This document shows positions 13,306-25,549 of a DNA stretch of 64,000 nt, piece after piece. The stretch lies in contig CM074512.1 in NCBI GenBank assembly GCA_037379345.1, positions 32,426,001 through 32,490,000 on the forward strand, in the 5' to 3' direction. The notes below the pieces were generated by a model. The model did not search any database. It worked only from the letters and a program-made list of their open reading frames with translations, and had not been told where the DNA came from. Position numbers and translations under genes: made by a program. The number at the start of each line of letters is the position of its first letter. The first letter of the stretch is position 1. This DNA comes from Perna viridis (lineage: Eukaryota).

Positions 13306-14660
13306 ACGCGTCTACCACACTGGACAAATATATTGCCAATCAAACATTCCAGCATTTTGAAAGCATCTTCTTCGGTATATTTGGAAGATGATTTGGAATC
13401 GTTTTTTTTTTACAAAGTATGAGGAATCTCTACTAAGAACATGTATTTAGGTGTTGTGTCTTTTGTTTTGTTGAGTAGCAACGATTTATAGTGTTTTCGA
13501 GTCGAGATTTTAACTCAGTTATAGTGAATAGAAGAAAAAAGAGTTAAAGGTTTTAATGCTATTGTATTCAATCTGATAATAATCTTGAACTGAGGGTTTC
13601 CAGAAGATCTTTCAATTTTTTCAGGATCCACATTGAATTAATACCACTTCGGTAATAAAAAATGTGGTAGGACAGGAGACCCTTCTTTGACAGATGTGAG
13701 TATAGAAGTGACAAGTTTTGAAAAAAGTTTGTACATTTTGCAGATCCAGCTATGTAGCGTTGTTCTGCAGACAAAAACAATGCTTCTTTGGGCTTTGTCT
13801 GGTGGTACGACAACATATTTGCCATGTACAGAAGACAATGGTTTTCCTACATCGGGATCTTTACAAACTGATGTAGCATTGACACTAAATGACCTACTTA
13901 AAGCTTTCAAACGCTTCAAATTAATGACCTCACAGCCTTTACCAATTTGACAATGAATCAATGTCTTCATGTACTCGTTTTTGTTTTTTTGTTTTTTTTC
14001 TTGTATAGTCCATCCATAAAAATGTTTAAGTTATAATTCCAATTATTCGTGATTCACAGTACATTGAACCTTTGGAAAGGACGTTACGGAGAGATTCGTT
14101 TTCTATGATGTTTAAATCTCTGATAATGACGTGATCGGAAAGACCATTATTGAATGGAGAGTTTTTCAACAGTCATGTGGTTCAGCCATGAAGTCTTCAA
14201 TCTCGAGGTCCTGCTATAGCCTTTTAGAATTGAAAATGTTTGATGCAATAGGTGAAGTAAAGTCCAGAATATGCAATAATCGGTATTGATTTGTCTTTGA
14301 AATAGTAGGAATTTTGTTCATAACGTTTTTGTAATGAACTAATTGTATCTATACCTTTGTTGGCAAATGGTAGTGGAGCAACTGATCGTTTGTTTTTCAT
14401 ATTGACCTTTAACACAAACTGGATTAAAGAGTCTGTGGAAACCAATATCCAAAATGATGGCAACAAGTCTGTATAATGATGAGGTAGGTTCAGAAACAGG
14501 AGTGTCAAGTTTGTTTTGTAAAGGGGTGCAGTAAAGTGAAAGGTATATAATAGAGTTTAGTTCGCATGTGATGAAGTCCAAGAGGTTTTTGTATGAAGAA
14601 GACGATCTACAGGTATGGAAATATCATGCATCTTAGGTGATGTATAGTGGCGATGGCTAT
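13306..14660 (-). mobile_element. Penelope-like element fragment; 13306-~13625 is the right arm of the fold-back
   Basis: Minus-strand peptides PFANKGIDTI, KYVVVPPDKAQRSIVFVC, GINSMWILKKLKDLLETLSSRLLS with frameshifts. Distal boundary approximate. Confidence 0.75.
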
Positions 14661-15004
14661 GAACCCTTATCCGTCTTGGATTTTTGACAAATTAATTCAT
14701 CACATTTGCGTTTTTGTTATATAGGCTTGTAAAGTTTTCTATACTTTTGATGTTGTCAATCAAAATGTTACAAAAATGATACATGTACATATAAATGGAT
14801 ATAACATGTACAGATATTTTTTGACCACCACCGAAACAAAAAATATCTCCAGCGCCGAATCCCAAAGGGATTAAGGACGAAAGTAAAAAGGACGGCATTA
14901 ACTGCAATGTGACGTTCTCATAATGTAAATATTGTATGTATTTCCAATCCTTTTTTGTTATGTAATATATATTTTTAGACGTTCAAGGGTTCGTTTAAAA
15001 TTTT

Positions 15005-15820
15005 AAAACAAGAGCCTCTCGAAGAGCCTGAATCTCTCACATTGCAAACAACTGCCATATTAACTAAGCAAGTAAATATCATGCTTTTTTACCATGTTTG
15101 ACAAAAATTGTTGAAAAAGATTGCTGTAAGTTCGAAAGAGTACCTAAGACACTGTAAAATGTTGGAAAAGTTTACAAAGTGTATTTTTTTAACTTTGGGC
15201 AGGGGTTCCCTATGCCATGTCATTCCACCGGGTCTAAAGGGGCATTAGCCCAGTATACATTTGCTAAAAAAGAACACAGAATGAAGTTAAACCATGGCTA
15301 TCCAACATTTTCATCATCACCATTCAAATCAAGAGACCATGTTTACAATATAAACCAAATATCGTTGAAATCAAAGCAAGTATAAAAATTTAAAAAAACC
15401 AAAATCATTGGAATCTAAACAACTGGTAAAATGGTCGCAAAATGGCAGCCATTTTGATTATGGCCGCCTAAAAAAATACATGTAGTTTCAATATTGCCAG
15501 TCATCTCAGAATATCATGTTTATCTTATGAGTAGCTTTCATTTTCATTATTCTTCTATAGTGGAGGAAATAATAGCAAAACAAAAACAAAACATTTTGAC
15601 CTCTATGTTCTATTTTAAGTAACGACGGCCGTGTTTTTGACCGATGAAACATTTTAAATGATCTGTCATTTTGTACAGGATCCTCTAAGGAACAATCATA
15701 TTAAGCTTCATTTCAGAGGAGAAGATGTTTGAAGAATTATTAACGACGACAACGACAGACTACGACGACGAACGCCCAGTGATAACAAAAGTTCATATGG
15801 CCAACGGCGAGGTGAGCTAA
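15005..15820 (+). mobile_element. Non-autonomous Helentron/HINE-like element
   Basis: Starts AAAACAAGAG..GAATCTCTCAC and ends with a (GAC)n tract then ..GGTGAGCTAA; same end architecture as the inverted element at 33171-33715. Family name is inference. Confidence 0.55.
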
Positions 15821-16649
15821 TAGTTATTGGGGACGTTAATTATTGATGCTCTGTGGAGTATATCACTTCCGGACGATGAATTGTTTTTTCTCATCATTCC
15901 AAAGGGCAAAGCAAATTTAGCATTTTAAAAAAGCTTGCCGCCTTTGTGGCTTCTTATTTTTATATTTGAAGTATATCAATGAAAATTGCAGTAAAGATTT
16001 TGCATTTTGTTTTCTGGATGTTGAATATTATTTTCGTTATGTTTGCTATATGTATACGATTATTCATATCATATTAATGTAAAGTTAACTGTTTGAGCCA
16101 TATTAATAGAAGGTGGTGTCAATTTGATGCTTTAGTGTTGTGTTGATCTTAAATGTGCGATGCCTCGACTTTGATATGAAGTTCAGCTTTTTACCTTGAC
16201 CTTAAAGCTTATTTATGGTACATCTTGTTTTGGTAGAAAACAATCATGCCGTTAATGACCTGTGTATTTGGACCTCAAAGGTCATATAATACAAATTTTT
16301 TAAGGACATGCATGAAGTCTGGGCATAAAATTTAGTATAGGAGCTATATTTCCTTAAGCATGACACTATAGCTGCACATTCGACAGTTTATTCTGGATAT
16401 ACCTATGGTGTTTGTTTACAGTATCATTTATTAAATTGTAATAAAAAGATATTTTATAGTTATCATTGATAATGTAACGATTTTAAACATGAAGAGATCT
16501 AGACTTAATTTCCGCGGGAAAAATTGACAAGATGATGAAACGTTATGACTTTCTAAATCAAAAAGTCAGAGGGAATTCCGAAGTATCGGTATAGATCCCG
16601 AAAATTAATAAAACAAATACTGGTGCTCTCTTTCCGACGAAGTCGGCAT

Positions 16650-16830
16650 ATTTTCGCTTTTTACCCTTTGACCTTAAAAAGCTTTTCCATGGAAACGCAA
16701 GTCACCTGATCGCAATTCTGTCTCCCGATTGGCCAAATACTGATAACTTAATGGCGTTCGAAAAAACTGTTTCGAAATTGCGTGCCATTTGTTATTTCCT
16801 GAATGAAATATAGAATATTCTAAGTAGAAA
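16650..16830. repeat. Dispersed repeat (second direct copy ~48633-48800 in the last intron of copy 3)
   Basis: Shared TTTCGCTTTTTACCCTTT..CGATTGGCCAAATACTGATAACTT..GGCGTTCGAAAAAACTGT..AAATTGCGTGCCAT..GTTATTTCCTGAAT. Confidence 0.8.
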
Positions 16831-18285
16831 GAACAAAATTTTACCGCGTCGACTATCTTTTTTAAAGATAGTACTTGTTTTACATTACCTTTCCCAGTCC
16901 GATGAAAGTTATCCAATGAAAAATTAACTGATCAAAATTGTTATCCAAAGAAAAATTGAGATCGTTGATTTTTATCGAAATCCCTGTACACTATTGCCGA
17001 CTTCCGTTTTCCGTGACAAGTCAGAAGCAATCAATTTAAGTTGAATGATGGGTACTTTATTCATGAGATAGTAATAACGTGATCCCCTTTATTGTAAAGG
17101 GAGCTAACTCGTCATATGCTGACAAATATAATAGTCTTTACTTCTTTTGGTAGTATTTCAGTCAAAATCGTTGACAAAGCAGCTTTTAGATTATTCTCTA
17201 TGACAAATGCAAAATGTAGGACTCCACGCTTCGATTTTGTTTTAATTCAAAGGGAAAAGCGAAATGAGTACAAATGATACTGAAAATAAGATCAAATACA
17301 ATTGTTAAAAACAGTCCATATGCGGACAAAATGTATCCAGACTGAATTTATTTAAGTTTTTTTCAAATTCTTTATTAATAAGCCTTTGGTATGGCGATCG
17401 TTGACAGAAATCCAGTATGGCTACTATGCATATTAGTAAATTGCCATTGACTCTGCCATATGCTGCACCCCGATAACTTGTACGTGCATGTTGCCGTAGA
17501 GTTTCCCGCTCTCGCTGCGGCTTCAGCTATCCACCAAAAGTCAAGCAACGTACTCTACAGGTCACCACACGGTCTTCAATTGTGGACAAAACCCAAAACA
17601 TAAAGCAAGTTGTAAAAGACACTAAAGTAAATGAAGAGCAACTATTCATGAAAGACGAAACTCTACCTAATCTATAGAAAAAAAACGTAAAACGAATAAT
17701 AATGAACATAGAAAAACAATGACCACCACCAGAATACAGGTTCCTGGCTTGGGACAGGCACATAATATAGTCCACGTTTTGAATCATGAAACCCCAAAAG
17801 CCATTTTCTTTGTCAAAGACCTTTTATAGTTCTCCGAAAATATTTTCTGTTTAACATTCGCTGGTGGATTTGATGCGTTTCATCAACATATCAGTCCTTT
17901 TTTTCTGTTAGATAGAAAACAAGAAAAGAGGTGTACAAAGGCATCAGGAAATAGAAAGTGTTACAGCCATTCATTTCTACACACATGAAAAAAAAACAAA
18001 CAAAACAAAACGTCCATTACCATTACTTTGAGGTACATAATCCAACCCGCCTGATATTTCTGAATACCATCAATTAACAAGTATACATGTGTACTTACAA
18101 CTTTCTAATCAATAGCAGACTTGAAATAAGGCATTATAATAAGCTTAAATTGTGAAAGCCGAATCCATTGCCCAACAAAGCAAGATGGGTTTCATGAACC
18201 ATCTAAATTAAGGAATATTCTCAAATCTTTCAATAATTTAAATACAGGGTCTAGTAAAAGATTTTATAAACTTAATTAATATATA

Positions 18286-18650
18286 GATAGCAATGTTTTA
18301 TCGAATGTTCCCAGTGTAATAAATTTCGATAATTCACACTGTAAAATAAATTCCGTAATTTCACTCTCGGACTTCCTCCCGCCAAAAGTCACAAATTTTA
18401 TATCATTCCGCCATTCACATAATTTGAAATTCATGTTAAAATATTGATAAATAATGAAGAAAATCTATATAATAATTAGGATAATCAATCGGTTATCGTG
18501 GATAACCAAAATATGATGACTCGTGCCAAGAACGCTCGAAGAAAAGACTCGTGCGCGGAAAAAGTTCCACACACTCGTTAAATCTAGGCGTTCTCCGGCA
18601 CTCATGATAATGTTTTGATTATTCACTTTTTCCAATAAATTATCCTATTA
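18286..18650. repeat. Dispersed repeat, long copy (see 11991-12192)
   Basis: Same terminal blocks as 11991-12192 with ~160 bp extra internal sequence. Confidence 0.75.
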
Positions 18651-19758
18651 TGACATAACGCTCATGAACCTACAACACAAACATCCTGTCATGTTGAAAC
18701 AATAATAATGTACAATATAATTAGAAACGATATCGGTGTGCAAACTTTTTGGCAAACTTATACTCGTTCTACAAGTTGATATGGTCATAGAATTATCCTA
18801 AGACAGTAATCCTGCATGAGGTTTGAAATGTATTAAAAGTTAAAACTGAAATCAATAAAACAATCAATCGTCCTTTGACTTTCGAAATTCAATCCAGGCA
18901 TCATTCCCCAAGATTTTCTTTGAGCGAAAAAAAAACCAGAACAAAACAAACAAACATACAAAATCAATGAAATAACAAACAGCAAAACAAAGGCCACCCA
19001 TGGGTCTGCATTGAACGACGAGGAGAGCCTCACACGTAAAACCGGGCAGGCTGTAGCTGGCCTCAAAACACTATTACACCACGGGGGCCCCCGGGTGGGG
19101 GTGGTTAAGTTAACAGGTAAAAGAGTACGGTTTTGCGCAATCTAATTAATTTGTCCACCACATTTCCTTGAATGCGGGAACGTAGTGGACAAATTACAAG
19201 ATCTAGTTTTAATTAGATTGGGTTGTGCGGCCCCGAAAATTTTTACCCACCCATTCCTATATTTTGACAATGAAAAACTGACACCCGTTTATATATATAT
19301 ATATATATTTTGCACTTATGTAACCCATTCATATATATGCATGGCATTTATCTGTATCTACATATCACAGCAGGATGCTTGTCAGAACATATTATGACAT
19401 TGTATCTACGGACTTCATTGTCATGTCAAGGTTAATTGGATCACTTCCTGCAAAAAAAAAATCATGTGTTAATCTTAATTATTTACTTTGATAATTTTAA
19501 GGTTCATTTAACCAGTTAATGCCAGATCAATAACCATGTGTAAACACATTGTGTATAGCCTATTTGTTAACCCTTATCACAAATACTACAACTATCTTTT
19601 ATACCTACCCTTTTCAAATATCACTAATCATAAAAAGTAGACCGATATGGGCCGTACATCTGTACCTATCCATTTGACATAAGTTGCCCCTTTTGCATTA
19701 TACTCAGGTACAGCCAAATAAATATCTGGAGATCTATATACTACAGCAGCATAAAACT

Positions 19759-19779
19759 AAACTGAAAGTGAAAACGAAC
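19759..19779 (+). promoter_or_regulatory. Tandem IRF-element-like motif upstream of copy 2
   Basis: AAACTGAAAGTGAAAACGAAC contains GAAAGTGAAA (GAAANNGAAA consensus), ~650 bp upstream of the putative promoter. Confidence 0.45.
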
Positions 19780-20362
19780 AAAATATACATAGGCCAGAAA
19801 TTCCTGACTGGGACTAGCGCAAAAAAAAATGCAACGGGGTGAAAGTACTTTGGCGTAATTACAACCCTTCCCCTTTTAAAACTGGCTACTGTGAAAATAT
19901 ACATGTTTGATCCAAACGATGATATTCATTTTCGGAATGTTACAAGCAAATACTTGCAAAATGATGTGATTGCGGTTCTCTTAAACCCGGGGAGGGGGTT
20001 ACTTTTTTTAAGGTTAATTTTTTGGAATATTCTTCTAGAGTGGGTGCAATGTAGATATCTTTTAGCGAGAAATTAAAGTTTCAATATAAAACCGCCTAAA
20101 TCTACACCTGACAACCCATGCTTTGCAAATTTTAGGGGACACGCCCTCCACGCCCCGCCCCTGAATAGTAGGAAAAGAATTAAATGCTCTGACTTCAGAT
20201 TGAAGTTTATAATTGGTCATATAAACTATGGTAATTTTAGCTTTATATTTGAGTATGGTTATCCAGGCTTGGGCTTACAATCCCAGGTAGTTGTTTTTCT
20301 TTTATAAGTCTAATAATAGTCCCCCAATAATACGTTCTTTCTATTTTTTTCGATTGAAAAAA

Positions 20363-20539
20363 ACCGGAAGTTTTAGTAAATTGTTGAGGCTTTTGGGAAG
20401 TTCAAGTTCTATTTATAGAAACGAAAGTAGAAATTCTTTCCTCGTTTTCTGAAAATTATATAACGTTGTCTGAGTTTGCACAATAAATATTTGGCAATGT
20501 TCGAATCGATTAATACTAAAGGATTTTTTTCTAGAAAAA
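20363..20539 (+). promoter_or_regulatory. Putative promoter and non-coding exon 1 of copy 2
   Basis: ETS-type ACCGGAAGT (20363-20371), ISRE-like GAAACGAAAGTAGAAA (20418-20433), consensus donor AAA|GTAAGT at 20539/20540. Confidence 0.55.
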
Positions 20540-23500
20540 GTAAGTATAGTATTTTACTTATTAGTATATTAACCATGGTACAATAGAAATGTAGATTGTC
20601 GTAGTTAAATCGAATGTAAACACTGTCAGTGTCACATATTTTCTGTTGCGATGGATTTTATAATTGTACCTTTTTGACTGTCTGATAAAAAGCGATCTCG
20701 TGGTATTTATTATATTAATATATGTGTTTAATTATAAAATCATATGTTTTGCTGACGTGGACTGAAGATCAATGAGGTCCATGTGAACTTAAATGTTATC
20801 ACTGGGTATCGTTTGTAGTCCATCCATCGTCTGTCATCTGTCATTAACAAGTTCTTCATAAACACCATGGTAGTTATTAACTCATTATACAGTGAAACCT
20901 TGCTAAACCGAATCAATTTTGGATTAATTTTGTTCGGTTTGCACAGAGCCCAAATATATTGAATTTTGGATATGGAGGAGTTCAGTTAAGATGTCTGAAA
21001 TAGACAGGTTAATGGAGTAATGACGGTTCTGTTTAGACAGCTTTCACTGTAAACTACCAACGTCACAGGACTGTCATACTCACGGTACTAATTACATTAC
21101 GTTTTCTGTACCGTTTTTTTACATTACTCTGTTTACATTACATTTACATTACTTTTTCAGTAAGTTGAGTTTTACATTAAATTTCAGTACTATTTTTTTT
21201 TTCATTAATTTTTCAGCAATGTGTTTTACAGTGTATCATTTCGGTACTTCATTTTCAGTATTAATACAATAATACATTGATAAAAAGAAATGATTTGTGC
21301 AAGAAAAAAAGGAAAAGCGGGTGATAGCCTACAGCCTTTTAAAAAATTTCTGGATCATAACGCCTTGTATAAATTTCTTTATTCGTCCCAGGTCCCTTAT
21401 ATCGATTTAGCGGTTTGGTCATACCTTTCAGGTAGGAGAGGTCTCCTTAATTGCTCATTTCTGTTGGTTGCTCAAATATTTTGATGGCGAAGGTTGATTT
21501 TTTCCCTTTTCTGCGACCGCGCAAAAATTGCAGTCATATAAAAGTATATGGCGCTGTAGTCGTCTTCCGCCTCGTCGTCGTCCATAGCAGGGGATTCAGA
21601 ATGTCAGGTTAAGGGGACGTTAATAGAATAAAAAAAATTTGGAGGAACAATTCATGAAAATCAAGATTTATAGCAAAAAAAATTCCTAATTTTAAGGGAG
21701 GGCATACGATCGGCATTACCGTCTCCTTGGCTCATTGTCTGCACAGAAAATTTGTTTTCGTGTAATAACTTAATATTGGTTGTTTGTTCTTTATAAAGTT
21801 TTACGACAAGGTTTCAAACGACGTAAGGAAGATGGGTATTGAATTCAAGGGTTATGGCCTCGAGTGCTTTTTGAAAATTAGGCGCCAAAAAGTGCCACAC
21901 CAAGCATTTCATAGAATTTATCTGTTGTACATGTAACTCAAGTGGAAGTATGTGGATATTTATAATATTGTTACACAATAGTGTATACCACTAAGGTCAT
22001 TCTGAGATTGATTTTGGGTCTTTAGATTTGAATTGTTTACGAGTGAGGGTCTAAAAGGGGACAGAAACACACATTTTCATGAAGTCTGGACAACGAGTTC
22101 ACTATAAGGAACGGATCCTTGGAACAAAACCACAAGGCGTCATGCAACCAAAGGAAGGCGGGGATTTAATTCATCCATATTAGTAATTGTGGGATAAAAG
22201 AGGTCTGAAACAAGCATTTTCCAGATGTCTATATGGAAGTTTAATAAGTAAAATAGAATGGACCTCTATAAAATTATGCCAAGAAGTGCCATTCATAGGA
22301 TAGGTAGGTAGGATTGCATTGAATTACAAGGTTTTGAAAAGAGACAATTAGGAATTAGTGACCAAAAAAAAAGAGAGCCACGTTGATTCTGGTTAAATTC
22401 TGATCCTGTGTCTAATGTCTACTTCAGATCTGTTTCAAGCTTGCATGGTGTGTCCATACTTGGCCTATCTGTTAAGGGTTCCATCTCAGCGGTGATATCG
22501 AGCTGTGCCGTGGGAAGCATTTTATATAATTGGTCCGTTCAAGGATCGGGCCATTTATCTTTAGTTGATATTTTAGACATTTTATTTTGGACATTGTTGT
22601 TAAAGCCATTTTAATTGGTTGATTTGAAAGGTATTCAACTCCGAGATCAAGAAAATTGACCAGGAAATTCGTATGGTAGATGCAATTTGTCAAGCAAGTG
22701 CTAAGACATAATTAAGTAAAGGCATACACTTTTAATAACTGTACGCTAAAAATTGATCATCAGGATTTCCTGAAATAGTTGCTCAACGACAATTAGTTTA
22801 TTTCATACCACTTTTTTTCTGACTTATCCAAAGGGTATGGTAAGGTTGACCTTCCAATGTTTTTAAAAAGCCAATACTTTTTTGTCGTTGTTTTTCGTGT
22901 CGGCGAAAACAATGCATCCTACTTTCGTTTTACTAAGTAGCCCGTATAGGATATGTTACTCAGTGGTGTCACGAGAATGGATCCCAATCTAAGTTTAGTA
23001 AAAAAGGTATGAATCTCCACGAAATTTGTACTATAAGGTTTCACTCACGCCATTCAAGGAAGGTTTTCATTGATTTAAATGGGTACTAACCAACGGTAGA
23101 AGAGGGTTGAAAATGAACATTTACTTCATCTGTGTTTCAAGTTCCAATTTCTTTCGTCTAATTGTAGAATTGACCACTGTCATTCTGGTCAGAAACTTGT
23201 ACCTTGCGAAGTATTTTATTTATATTAATAAATTTATGTCAGAAGAGTATAAAGAGGGCACTTCCAGAAAATATAAAAAGTCATGAAACGACACAAGATT
23301 TAGATATTTATTATTACTTTCAATTGGATTCAAAAATATAATGTAAATCTAAACTCGAACCACTCTCGAATTCAACCACATGAATTGCTAAAAAAAGAAG
23401 TTTCTAGGGGCTGAAAATAAAGGTTTTGAATCTCGAAAAGTACTTATAATGTAGTTGGTATCCAATATGTTTATGACATGTACGACTGTAAATTTCTGGG

Positions 23501-23880
23501 CTGCACAGACATCGGGATTGAGTGGTTATTTTGTTCGATACTTTGCATGAATATCAAATGCATGGACTGAGTATTTAAATCTATTTTAGTACTAAAGTAA
23601 ACATGAGTTTATTTTCCTGGGAGTATTTGAAGTCATTATATACACGTCACAAATTCATGGCCTCCATTAAAATACAATAAAGCCTGAAATGATGACATAT
23701 TCTAGCAGTGTACTCCAACTCTTATTTCTACATAGTGAATGCCCCCCCATTTTATTGCTCCCAATTTTTTGGAAAGCGCATGTCGTGCATCAGATATTTC
23801 TTATACTACATGCACATCTATCATGTATGTTTTCATTTCAGATGACACCATGATGATGTAGAACACAGAGAAAACGAATT

Positions 23881-25511
23881 ATGGCCGAGGGCTTTGATAT
23901 CTATAAGTGAGTTACACACTGTTTAAATACTCAAATTAGAAATTATGGAGGAAAAAAACCTGAATTTACACGAAGAGTACATAAGCCACAATTACGAAAT
24001 CATGCATGAATTATATTCCTTTTACATGCTTGTTGATTAAGTACGGATATGTGAACTCAATTCATCTACTAAAGTATATCAGTGACTGCGGACATACGGG
24101 ATTGTCCCGAACCCCGCCTAACCTAGCTGTTTTATAAATTTTTAAATGTAGTATCATTACAGATAAAAAGAAAATGACAAGAGCGTATCCAGAGATTTTG
24201 AAAAAGGGAGGGGTTCCAGGCTATTATTTGCTAAATCACCCCAAAACAAACAAACAAACAAACAACTACAAAATGTTTCAAAGAAGGCCTCTGGATCTGT
24301 TACTGAGCAATGATACATTTTAATGATATTAAATTATTATTATAAGTTTAGGTTGCACTTTTTATAGTAGTTGAAGACATGCTGTAAATATAAAAGAAAT
24401 GAACGCATATGCACTTCAATTATGTTAATAGCAAGGAATAAATCAACGTACTCTTGTACTGAATGCATTTATATCGTTCGTTTAAATTTTTATGCCGCAA
24501 ATAATCGTCCAATTGCAAAAATTGGGCCGGATAAAAGGAAAATATGGTGAACGAATTCAAACGTATCTAAACATAAGCTTATTGTTGTAAATGGTTAATA
24601 TTGAACTCTTTTATTTATTATTAAATTCACCATTCTGATTACGAGGGTCTTTACGAAAAGAAAAAACACACCCTATTCATTATGCATCGTAGCAGTGCGC
24701 CAGTTTGCCTAATATTCATGTTCGAGGTCGGTTTACATGGAACGCCTAGATAAATGAACACAAAGCTCTCCGACATACTGTGTAATTGAACAACAAACTA
24801 CTGGTTGGCCTTTCCCAATTTCTAATTTTTTTTAAGTCGTATGGCCTTTCCCAATTTATAATTTTTTAAGTCGAAATTCAATTTATCGACCTCCATGGTC
24901 GAAATTGTCTGTCAAATCATTCAAACTAAAGCCGCCACGATCATTGAAATACATCATCTCCTTTCATACATGTCCCTCTCAACTAGCTACATTCTTCAGT
25001 TGATAAGTTATCGCATAGACATCTATGTGGCATTTAAAGTGCTTAGTTTCTTAGGCATCTAGGTCCAGATACATGTACATTAATATAAGCGCCAAAGTCT
25101 TAGAATATAATTGAAGCAATTATGCCTGGTGCAGTTACTAGTCATGCCCTTTTAGGGCCCTGGGATACCCGCAGCTCTATTATCTTCATAAATGGCTAAA
25201 TTAGTCCAATAGAATGATTATTGCAAAAAGCAATATCACCAGCCCACAGACTGACGCCATCCCCAGAAGTGCATTAATTATTGAAATTTCTATGCTATCG
25301 TCTGAGCAATGTTTCATTTTTATTTTTCATCTCCGGGCTTCCGATGTCACGAGGCCGTAACCGTAATAAAGATACACGATACAGTGAGTGGTACATCGGG
25401 ATAGTTTCGGGGGATTATACTACCCTTTTGTACAACATTTGGTCAAACCAAAGAGTGGCAAATGATAGCATGGAACCCTTTTCTCAAAGTCTCTTGATCG
25501 GATCCAATGCC

Positions 25512-25549
<38 letters not shown>

